A stretch of 64,000 bases of DNA from Podarcis vaucheri (lineage: Eukaryota). Below, one piece after another: positions 62,501 through 64,000 of this stretch. Where the stretch lies: NCBI GenBank assembly GCA_965113315.1, contig OZ220363.1, one strand, 5' to 3'. Position numbers and translations under genes: made by a program. The number at the start of each line of letters is the position of its first letter. The first letter of the stretch is position 1. The notes beneath the pieces are model-generated. The model worked only from the letters and a program-made list of their open reading frames with translations. It had not been told where the DNA came from and did not search any database.

Positions 62501-64000
62501 ATCCCAAATACAAAGATGCAATTGTTGTAAACGCTGGAGAAACATTCAAACTTGAGGCTGATGTCCATGGGAAGCCAATTCCCACTATTCTGTGGTTGAA
62601 AGGAGATAAAGTACTTGAAGATACTGCCCGATGTGAAGTAAGGAATACAGACTTTAAGGCCTTGATAACTGTTAAAGATGCCATACGTGTTGATGGTGGG
62701 CAATATATTTTGCAGGCCTCTAATGTTGCAGGAACAAAATCAGTACCAATAACAGTAAAAGTACTGGACAGACCAGGACCTCCAGAGAGTATTCAAGTTT
62801 CTGGAGTTACTGCTGACAAGTGTTCCTTAACATGGGCGCAACCGATCCATGATGGTGGCAGCGACATTTCTCACTACATAATTGAGAAGAGAGAAACAAG
62901 TCGCCTTGCATGGACAATTGTTGCTTCAGATGCTGTAGCCACAATGCTGAAAGTAACAAAACTTCTGGAAGGAAATGAGTATATCTTCCGCATAATGGCA
63001 GTTAATAAATATGGAGTTGGGGAGCCTCTGGAGTCTGCACCAGTATTAATGAAAAATCCATTTGTTGTTCCTGGTCCACCAAAATCCATTGAAGTAACCA
63101 ACGTTACAAAGGATTCCATGACCGTCTGCTGGCATCGTCCAGATAGTGATGGTGGCAGTGAAATAGTTAACTACATTGTCGAAAAAAGGGACAGAGCTGG
63201 TATCAGATGGGTGAAATGTAACAAACGCCGAATTACAGACCTGCGATTAAGAGTCACAGGATTAGCAGAAGATCATGAGTATGAATTTAGAGTATCCGCT
63301 GAAAATGCAGCTGGAGTTGGAGAGCCAAGCCAAATCACTCCCTTTTGGAAAGCATGTGACCCTATGTTCAAACCTGGCCCACCCACTAATGCCCATGCTG
63401 TGGATACTACCAAGAATTCAATTACAGTAGCATGGGGTAAGCCTATTTATGATGGCGGTAGTGAAATCCTGGGATATATTGTAGAAATCTGCAAAGCGGA
63501 TGAAGAAGAATGGACAATAGTTACCCCACAGACTGGTCTGAGAGTCAATCGCTTTGAGATCAAGAAACTCATTGAACATCAAGAATACAAACTTAGAGTT
63601 TGTGCTCTTAACAAAATTGGAGTAGGTGAAGCTGCAGCAGTTCCTGGCACAGTTAAACCAGAAGATAAACTTGAGCCACCTGAACTTGATATTGACTCAG
63701 AATTAAGGAAGGGAATTGTGGTTAGAGCTGGTGGATCTGTCAGGATAAACATACCTTTCAAAGGACGCCCAACTCCTGAAATCATGTGGTCTCGAGAAGA
63801 AGGAGAATTTACAGATAAGGTTCAAATTGAAAAGGGCCTGAATTACACACAGTTATCCATTGATTACTGTGATAGAAATGATGCCGGAAAATATATCCTT
63901 AAACTGGAGAACAGCAGTGGCTCTAAGTCTGCATTTGTCACAGTTAAGGTACTTGACACACCGGGACCACCGCAAAATTTAGTAGTCAAAGAAATAAGGA
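1..64000 (+). CDS. TTN: Titin, partial gene: 82 exons (about human exons 245-326), domains about I99 to the start of C-zone super-repeat C6
   Basis: Exon translations give titin Ig/Fn3 domains, e.g. [21 protein letters not shown] and [26 protein letters not shown]. Junction phases are compatible and all introns are GT-AG. Confidence 0.99.
302..521. mobile_element. Tc1/mariner (Tigger-like) MITE nested in the hAT element
   Basis: TA|CAGTCATACCTTGGA ... TCCAAGGTATGACTA|TA; homologous to 13003-13252. Confidence 0.8.
586..637. repeat. (CCTT)n microsatellite
   Basis: Directly visible. Confidence 0.95.
1100..1366 (+). CDS. TTN: TTN exon ~246, Ig ~I100
   Basis: [24 protein letters not shown]; AG/GT, 267 nt. 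Confidence 0.93.
1464..1742 (+). CDS. TTN: TTN exon ~247, Ig ~I101
   Basis: [13 protein letters not shown]; AG/GT, 279 nt. Confidence 0.93.
1845..2150 (+). mobile_element. Degraded L1-like LINE 3' fragment
   Basis: Purine-rich; translates to [31 protein letters not shown], which resembles squamate L1 ORF2 C-termini from memory; ends approximate. Confidence 0.45.
2182..2448 (-). mobile_element. tRNA-derived SINE (lacertid Squam3/POM-like) with (TCC)n tail
   Basis: Reverse complement of 14151-14400; A-box-like TGGTGTAGTGG and B-box-like GGTTCGCGTCT; family name from memory. Confidence 0.8.
2536..2944 (+). CDS. TTN: TTN exon ~248, Ig ~I102 and first half of I103
   Basis: [23 protein letters not shown]; 409 nt, phase-2 end. 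Confidence 0.93.
3050..3174 (+). CDS. TTN: TTN exon ~249, second half of Ig ~I103
   Basis: [17 protein letters not shown]; 125 nt. Confidence 0.93.
3275..3541 (+). CDS. TTN: TTN exon ~250, Ig ~I104
   Basis: [17 protein letters not shown]; 267 nt. Confidence 0.93.
3851..4190 (-). mobile_element. Sauria SINE
   Basis: (ACCTTT)n tail on minus strand, B-box GGTTCGAATCC, 14-bp TSD TCTATACAACATTA (3837-3850, 4191-4204). Confidence 0.92.
4333..4602 (+). CDS. TTN: TTN exon ~251, Ig ~I105
   Basis: [16 protein letters not shown]; 270 nt. Confidence 0.93.
4791..5093 (+). CDS. TTN: TTN exon ~252, first Fn3 (~I106)
   Basis: [18 protein letters not shown]; 303 nt. Confidence 0.93.
5192..5494 (+). CDS. 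TTN: TTN exon ~253, Fn3 ~I107
   Basis: [17 protein letters not shown]; 303 nt. Confidence 0.93.
5848..6098. mobile_element. hAT (Charlie-like) MITE
   Basis: Imperfect TIRs CATGAGTAGGCAAACT / AGTTTGCTGACCCCTG; 8-bp TSD CACGAATG / CACTAATG. Confidence 0.75.
6315..6502 (+). CDS. TTN: TTN exon ~254, Fn3 ~I108 part 1
   Basis: [14 protein letters not shown]; 188 nt. Confidence 0.93.
6601..6715 (+). CDS. TTN: TTN exon ~255, Fn3 ~I108 part 2
   Basis: [18 protein letters not shown]; 115 nt. Confidence 0.93.
6877..7005. mobile_element. Old degenerate hAT MITE (URR1-like)
   Basis: Inverted TGTGGCCCTCT ... AGAGGGCCACA subterminal motifs; similar relic near 44400-44526. Confidence 0.45.
7014..7851. 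mobile_element. Young non-autonomous hAT transposon with CpG-rich cargo
   Basis: Perfect 15-bp TIRs CAGTGTTTCCCAACC / GGTTGGGAAACACTG; perfect 8-bp TSD ATCTAAGC; repeated GGCACAC subterminal motifs; 22-bp palindrome at 7808-7829. Confidence 0.92.
7444..7760 (-). promoter_or_regulatory. CpG-island-like segment with CRE, NRF1 and E2F motifs followed by a minus-strand splice donor
   Basis: TGACGTCA 7669-7676; CGCGCATGCGCA 7544-7555; TTTCGCGCC (minus) 7531-7539; CTG|GTAGGT (minus) at 7450/7449. Confidence 0.55.
8227..8511 (+). CDS. TTN: TTN exon ~256, Ig ~I109
   Basis: [18 protein letters not shown]; 285 nt. Confidence 0.93.
8621..8778. mobile_element. hAT-type MITE
   Basis: TIRs CATAGGAGCCAACT / AGTTGGCACCCCTG; 8-bp TSD AATAGCAC / AATAGTAC. 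Confidence 0.7.
9112..9263 (+). CDS. TTN: TTN exon ~257, Fn3 ~I110 part 1
   Basis: [14 protein letters not shown]; 152 nt. Confidence 0.93.
9396..9543 (+). CDS. TTN: TTN exon ~258, Fn3 ~I110 part 2
   Basis: [18 protein letters not shown]; 148 nt. Confidence 0.93.
9811..10167 (-). mobile_element. Sauria SINE
   Basis: Homologous to 3851-4190; imperfect TSD CTCAGTATTA / CTTAGTATTA. Confidence 0.9.
10379..10556 (+). CDS. TTN: TTN exon ~259, Fn3 ~I111 part 1
   Basis: [14 protein letters not shown]; 178 nt. Confidence 0.93.
10649..10770 (+). CDS. TTN: TTN exon ~260, Fn3 ~I111 part 2
   Basis: [19 protein letters not shown]; 122 nt. Confidence 0.93.
10903..11190 (+). CDS. TTN: TTN exon ~261, Ig ~I112
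   Basis: [19 protein letters not shown]; 288 nt. Confidence 0.93.
11282..11578 (+). CDS. TTN: TTN exon ~262, Fn3 ~I113
   Basis: [14 protein letters not shown]; 297 nt. Confidence 0.93.
11875..12283 (+). mobile_element. L2-clade LINE 3' fragment
   Basis: Encodes [23 protein letters not shown]...RTLRS...[15 protein letters not shown] (L2 ORF2 C-terminus), then 3' UTR and (ATT)n tail. Confidence 0.88.
12386..12572 (+). CDS. TTN: TTN exon ~263, Fn3 ~I114 part 1
   Basis: [16 protein letters not shown]; 187 nt. Confidence 0.93.
13003..13252. mobile_element. Tc1/mariner (Tigger-like) MITE
   Basis: TA|CAGTCGTACCTCGGA ... TCCAAGGTACAACTG|TA. Confidence 0.85.
13606..13721 (+). CDS. TTN: TTN exon ~264, Fn3 ~I114 part 2
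   Basis: [18 protein letters not shown]; 116 nt. Confidence 0.93.
13812..14111 (+). CDS. TTN: TTN exon ~265, Fn3 ~I115
   Basis: [16 protein letters not shown]; 300 nt. Confidence 0.93.
14151..14400 (+). mobile_element. tRNA-derived SINE (Squam3/POM-like) with (CTT)n-like tail
   Basis: Same family as 2182-2448, opposite orientation. Confidence 0.8.
14536..14905 (-). mobile_element. L2 LINE 3' fragment with (AAT)n tail
   Basis: Reverse complement of the 11875-12283 family. Confidence 0.88.
15081..15380 (+). CDS. TTN: TTN exon ~266, Fn3 ~I116
   Basis: [22 protein letters not shown]; 300 nt. Confidence 0.93.
15480..15585 (+). CDS. TTN: TTN exon ~267, Fn3 ~I117 part 1
   Basis: [22 protein letters not shown]; 106 nt. 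Confidence 0.93.
15880..16232 (+). mobile_element. L2-type 3' UTR fragment of a different subfamily with (TTG)n tail
   Basis: Ends GAAGGGCGGGGTATAAATAAA like the other L2 copies; 5' end approximate. Confidence 0.6.
16281..16477 (+). CDS. TTN: TTN exon ~268, Fn3 ~I117 part 2
   Basis: [17 protein letters not shown]; 197 nt. Confidence 0.93.
16570..16875 (+). CDS. TTN: TTN exon ~269, Fn3 ~I118
   Basis: [17 protein letters not shown]; 306 nt. Confidence 0.93.
16992..17270 (+). CDS. TTN: TTN exon ~270, Ig A1 (start of D-zone)
   Basis: [19 protein letters not shown]; 279 nt. Confidence 0.93.
17351..17877 (+). mobile_element. Older solo-LTR-like element
   Basis: TGTCAAGGA ... TCCCTGACG termini; purine-rich like 23690-24476; left flank CTTAG recurs at 17963-17967. 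Confidence 0.55.
17879..17985. repeat. Patchwork of short TTGATAC / CTGCTTTATTGATACATG repeats
   Basis: 18-mer at 17879-17896 and 17968-17985; TTGATAC occurs six times. Confidence 0.85.
18180..18479 (+). CDS. TTN: TTN exon ~271, Fn3 A2
   Basis: [15 protein letters not shown]; 300 nt. Confidence 0.93.
18574..18876 (+). CDS. TTN: TTN exon ~272, Fn3 A3
   Basis: [14 protein letters not shown]; 303 nt. Confidence 0.93.
18977..19351 (+). CDS. TTN: TTN exon ~273, Ig A4 with long charged insert
   Basis: [19 protein letters not shown]; 375 nt. Confidence 0.93.
19448..19750 (+). CDS. TTN: TTN exon ~274, Fn3 A5
   Basis: [16 protein letters not shown]; 303 nt. Confidence 0.93.
20522..20612. mobile_element. 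Short degenerate palindromic MITE relic
   Basis: GCTGCAATCCT ... AAGATCGGGCTGC with internal TTACCTGGGAGTAAG; resembles a common squamate repeat from memory. Confidence 0.35.
20735..21034 (+). CDS. TTN: TTN exon ~275, Fn3 A6
   Basis: [14 protein letters not shown]; 300 nt. Confidence 0.93.
21127..21423 (+). CDS. TTN: TTN exon ~276, Fn3 A7
   Basis: [15 protein letters not shown]; 297 nt. Confidence 0.93.
21516..21800 (+). CDS. TTN: TTN exon ~277, Ig A8
   Basis: [19 protein letters not shown]; 285 nt. Confidence 0.93.
21884..22177 (+). CDS. TTN: TTN exon ~278, Fn3 A9
   Basis: [18 protein letters not shown]; 294 nt. Confidence 0.93.
22308..22340. repeat. (TG)n / (TGCG)n microsatellite
   Basis: Directly visible. 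Confidence 0.9.
22898..23197 (+). CDS. TTN: TTN exon ~279, Fn3 A10
   Basis: [16 protein letters not shown]; 300 nt. Confidence 0.93.
23326..23634 (+). CDS. TTN: TTN exon ~280, Ig A11
   Basis: [17 protein letters not shown]; 309 nt. Confidence 0.93.
23690..24476 (+). mobile_element. Young solo LTR, 787 bp
   Basis: TG...CA ends with 8-bp inverted termini TGTCAGGG / CCCTGACA; perfect 5-bp TSD CTACC; AATAAA at 24404-24409. Confidence 0.88.
24512..24702 (+). CDS. TTN: TTN exon ~281, Fn3 A12 part 1
   Basis: [18 protein letters not shown]; 191 nt. Confidence 0.93.
25073..25470 (-). mobile_element. Degraded CR1 LINE 3' fragment
   Basis: ATCATAGGATC...GTTGGATGGGTCC start resembles the reverse-complemented CR1 3' tail; right end approximate. 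Confidence 0.6.
25580..26009 (+). CDS. TTN: TTN exon ~282, Fn3 A12 part 2 and A13
   Basis: [18 protein letters not shown]; 430 nt. Confidence 0.93.
26330..26638 (+). CDS. TTN: TTN exon ~283, Fn3 A14
   Basis: [14 protein letters not shown]; 309 nt. Confidence 0.93.
26850..27130 (+). mobile_element. Highly degraded L2 3' fragment
   Basis: ERSFSVVAP matches the QRAFSVVAP motif of the younger copies. Confidence 0.45.
27345..27493 (+). CDS. TTN: TTN exon ~284, Ig A15 part 1
   Basis: [16 protein letters not shown]; 149 nt. Confidence 0.93.
27585..27614 (+). CDS. TTN: TTN exon ~285, 30-nt microexon inside Ig A15 ([10 protein letters not shown])
   Basis: tttaaAG|GATGGA...GCCACG|GTaaaa; phase 0-0; resembles human DGVHDIPEDAQ. 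Confidence 0.88.
27723..27852 (+). CDS. TTN: TTN exon ~286, Ig A15 part 3
   Basis: [15 protein letters not shown]; 130 nt. Confidence 0.93.
27968..28267 (+). CDS. TTN: TTN exon ~287, Fn3 A16
   Basis: [14 protein letters not shown]; 300 nt. Confidence 0.93.
28661..28978 (+). CDS. TTN: TTN exon ~288, Fn3 A17
   Basis: [16 protein letters not shown]; 318 nt. Confidence 0.93.
28998..29498. mobile_element. Unclassified ~500-bp insertion
   Basis: GC-richer block flanked by 11-bp direct repeat TGCAAAGCATT (28987-28997, 29499-29509). Confidence 0.55.
29563..29859 (+). CDS. TTN: TTN exon ~289, Ig A18
   Basis: [15 protein letters not shown]; 297 nt. Confidence 0.93.
30101..30400 (+). CDS. TTN: TTN exon ~290, Fn3 A19
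   Basis: [17 protein letters not shown]; 300 nt. Confidence 0.93.
30971..31185. mobile_element. Penelope-like element (PLE) pseudo-LTR fragments in inverted arrangement
   Basis: 93-bp inverted arms 30967-31059 / 31062-31154 (1 mismatch); 12-bp TSD TTACTTCACAAA (30959-30970, 31186-31197); family from recalled reptile PLE pLTR sequence. Confidence 0.75.
31060..31099 (+). ncRNA. Minimal type-I hammerhead ribozyme-like motif
   Basis: GGUAU-CUGAAGA-A-GUGUG-CAUG-CACAC-GAAA-GC-UC-AUACC: stem I, core, stem II, GAAA, palindromic AGCU and UH site. Confidence 0.65.
31332..31646 (+). CDS. TTN: TTN exon ~291, Fn3 A20
   Basis: [14 protein letters not shown]; 315 nt. Confidence 0.93.
31782..31930 (+). 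CDS. TTN: TTN exon ~292, Fn3 A21 part 1
   Basis: [16 protein letters not shown]; 149 nt. Confidence 0.93.
32381..32531 (+). CDS. TTN: TTN exon ~293, Fn3 A21 part 2
   Basis: [16 protein letters not shown]; 151 nt. Confidence 0.93.
32622..32903 (+). CDS. TTN: TTN exon ~294, Ig A22
   Basis: [19 protein letters not shown]; 282 nt. Confidence 0.93.
33035..33480 (+). mobile_element. Old L2 3' fragment interrupted by a short CR1 tail
   Basis: [11 protein letters not shown]-like motif near 33045; tail GGGTGGGGTTATAGAAA; ends approximate. Confidence 0.5.
33343..33390 (-). mobile_element. Short CR1 3' end
   Basis: TCATAGAATCATAGAGTTGGAAGAGACC is the reverse complement of the CR1 (ATTCTATG)n-type tail. 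Confidence 0.65.
33582..33884 (+). CDS. TTN: TTN exon ~295, Fn3 A23
   Basis: [19 protein letters not shown]; 303 nt. Confidence 0.93.
33978..34280 (+). CDS. TTN: TTN exon ~296, Fn3 A24
   Basis: [16 protein letters not shown]; 303 nt. Confidence 0.93.
34386..34667 (+). CDS. TTN: TTN exon ~297, Ig A25
   Basis: [17 protein letters not shown]; 282 nt. Confidence 0.93.
34827..35126 (+). CDS. TTN: TTN exon ~298, Fn3 A26
   Basis: [17 protein letters not shown]; 300 nt. Confidence 0.93.
35249..35551 (+). CDS. TTN: TTN exon ~299, Fn3 A27
   Basis: [16 protein letters not shown]; 303 nt. Confidence 0.93.
35672..35980 (+). CDS. TTN: TTN exon ~300, Fn3 A28
   Basis: [16 protein letters not shown]; 309 nt. 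Confidence 0.93.
36064..36345 (+). CDS. TTN: TTN exon ~301, Ig A29
   Basis: [19 protein letters not shown]; 282 nt. Confidence 0.93.
36645..36704 (-). mobile_element. Very short L2 3' end
   Basis: GCCCATCTGACTGGGTTGCCCCAGCCAC plus an AAT-rich tail, matching 50133-50161. Confidence 0.6.
36941..37181. mobile_element. Tc1/mariner (Tigger-like) MITE
   Basis: Perfect 18-bp TIR CAGTGGTACCTCGGTTTA; TA TSD. Confidence 0.88.
37244..37543 (+). CDS. TTN: TTN exon ~302, Fn3 A30
   Basis: [18 protein letters not shown]; 300 nt. Confidence 0.93.
37700..37993 (+). CDS. TTN: TTN exon ~303, Fn3 A31
   Basis: [16 protein letters not shown]; 294 nt. Confidence 0.93.
38110..41070 (+). CDS. TTN: TTN large exon ~304, domains A32-A41
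   Basis: 2,961-nt uninterrupted frame (ORF 38109-41291), Ig-Fn3x3-Ig-Fn3x2-Ig-Fn3x2. Confidence 0.96.
41175..41495 (+). CDS. TTN: TTN exon ~305, Fn3 A42 (end of D-zone)
   Basis: [16 protein letters not shown]; 321 nt. Confidence 0.93.
41578..41862 (+). CDS. TTN: TTN exon ~306, Ig A43 (start of C-zone)
   Basis: [19 protein letters not shown]; 285 nt. Confidence 0.93.
41974..42336 (-). mobile_element. Sauria SINE, distinct young subfamily
   Basis: (ACCTTT)n tail, many CpGs retained, 15-bp TSD ACTTACTTTGAATAA. Confidence 0.92.
42397..42696 (+). CDS. TTN: TTN exon ~307, Fn3 A44
   Basis: [16 protein letters not shown]; 300 nt. Confidence 0.93.
43003..43266. mobile_element. Tc1/mariner (Tc2/pogo-like) MITE
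   Basis: TA|CCGTATTGGCCTGAATATAAGCC ... GGCTTATATTCGGGCCAATACGG|TA. Confidence 0.85.
43436..43738 (+). CDS. TTN: TTN exon ~308, Fn3 A45
   Basis: [16 protein letters not shown]; 303 nt. Confidence 0.93.
44713..44988 (+). CDS. TTN: TTN exon ~309, Ig A46
   Basis: [15 protein letters not shown]; 276 nt. Confidence 0.93.
45092..45391 (+). CDS. TTN: TTN exon ~310, Fn3 A47
   Basis: [17 protein letters not shown]; 300 nt. Confidence 0.93.
45484..45786 (+). CDS. TTN: TTN exon ~311, Fn3 A48
   Basis: [16 protein letters not shown]; 303 nt. Confidence 0.93.
46110..46409 (+). CDS. TTN: TTN exon ~312, Fn3 A49
   Basis: [14 protein letters not shown]; 300 nt. Confidence 0.93.
46527..46814 (+). CDS. TTN: TTN exon ~313, Ig A50
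   Basis: [19 protein letters not shown]; 288 nt. Confidence 0.93.
46908..47204 (+). CDS. TTN: TTN exon ~314, Fn3 A51
   Basis: [18 protein letters not shown]; 297 nt. Confidence 0.93.
47295..47597 (+). CDS. TTN: TTN exon ~315, Fn3 A52
   Basis: [16 protein letters not shown]; 303 nt. Confidence 0.93.
47705..48010 (+). CDS. TTN: TTN exon ~316, Fn3 A53
   Basis: [16 protein letters not shown]; 306 nt. Confidence 0.93.
48789..49076 (+). CDS. TTN: TTN exon ~317, Ig A54 (start of C2)
   Basis: [19 protein letters not shown]; 288 nt. Confidence 0.93.
49179..49469 (+). CDS. TTN: TTN exon ~318, Fn3 A55
   Basis: [16 protein letters not shown]; 291 nt. Confidence 0.93.
49522..49568 (+). repeat. 47-bp exact intronic copy of exonic 50586-50632
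   Basis: GCTATTTAGCTAGAGAAGGAAGCAGTTTCCGCCTGAAAATCCCTATT at both sites. Confidence 0.95.
49621..49908 (+). CDS. TTN: TTN exon ~319, Fn3 A56
   Basis: [16 protein letters not shown]; 288 nt. Confidence 0.93.
50094..50513 (-). mobile_element. L2 LINE 3' fragment
   Basis: ORF 50203-50520 nearly identical to the 11875 copy; 8-bp flanking repeat CATACAAT. Confidence 0.88.
50547..51137 (+). CDS. TTN: TTN exon ~320, Ig A57 and Fn3 A58
   Basis: [19 protein letters not shown]; 591 nt. Confidence 0.93.
51223..51327 (+). CDS. TTN: TTN exon ~321, Fn3 A59 part 1
   Basis: [17 protein letters not shown]; 105 nt. Confidence 0.93.
51875..52072 (+). CDS. TTN: TTN exon ~322, Fn3 A59 part 2
   Basis: [17 protein letters not shown]; 198 nt. 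Confidence 0.93.
52162..52458 (+). CDS. TTN: TTN exon ~323, Fn3 A60
   Basis: [14 protein letters not shown]; 297 nt. Confidence 0.93.
52541..53128 (+). CDS. TTN: TTN exon ~324, Ig A61 and Fn3 A62
   Basis: [19 protein letters not shown]; 588 nt. Confidence 0.93.
53222..53524 (+). CDS. TTN: TTN exon ~325, Fn3 A63
   Basis: [16 protein letters not shown]; 303 nt. Confidence 0.93.
53630..64000 (+). CDS. TTN: TTN giant exon ~326 (3' truncated): A64, C-zone repeats C3-C5 and start of C6
   Basis: Acceptor tttatAG|ATCCACCG, then Ig/Fn3 coding to the window end in one frame at every point checked. Presumably absent from the ORF track because no stop codon is reached. Confidence 0.96.

Noticed and set aside
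53736-63785. Many minus-strand ORFs opposite titin exons
   Set aside because: Antisense shadows of repetitive Ig/Fn3 codon usage, with no independent gene signals.

Overview
Eukaryotic genomic DNA, entirely inside the titin gene (TTN, + strand) of a squamate reptile, probably a lacertid lizard judging by its SINE and L2 families. I traced 82 consecutive GT-AG exons, the first and last cut by the window edges. By sequence, length and phase as I recall them, they correspond to human meta-transcript exons 245-326. They encode the last distal I-band Ig domains, the I/A junction, all six 7-domain D-zone super-repeats and C-zone super-repeats C1 to the start of C6. They include a 2,961-nt exon (38110-41070) and the giant exon running from 53630 off the window. 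Exon and domain numbers are from memory, not alignment. Introns are either about 70-150 bp or inflated by transposon insertions: Sauria SINEs, a second tRNA-SINE, L2/CR1/L1 fragments, hAT and Tc1/mariner MITEs, two solo-LTR-like elements and a Penelope-like insert. The most notable observations are: (1) a 93-bp-arm palindromic Penelope-like insert containing a minimal hammerhead-ribozyme motif; (2) a young hAT element apparently carrying a captured CpG-island promoter and first exon antisense to titin; (3) an exact 47-bp copy of a downstream titin exon inside an intron; (4) a sense solo LTR whose ORF is in frame with titin and is followed by a polyA signal; (5) a local CpG excess inside the giant exon. 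No functional claim here is tested.
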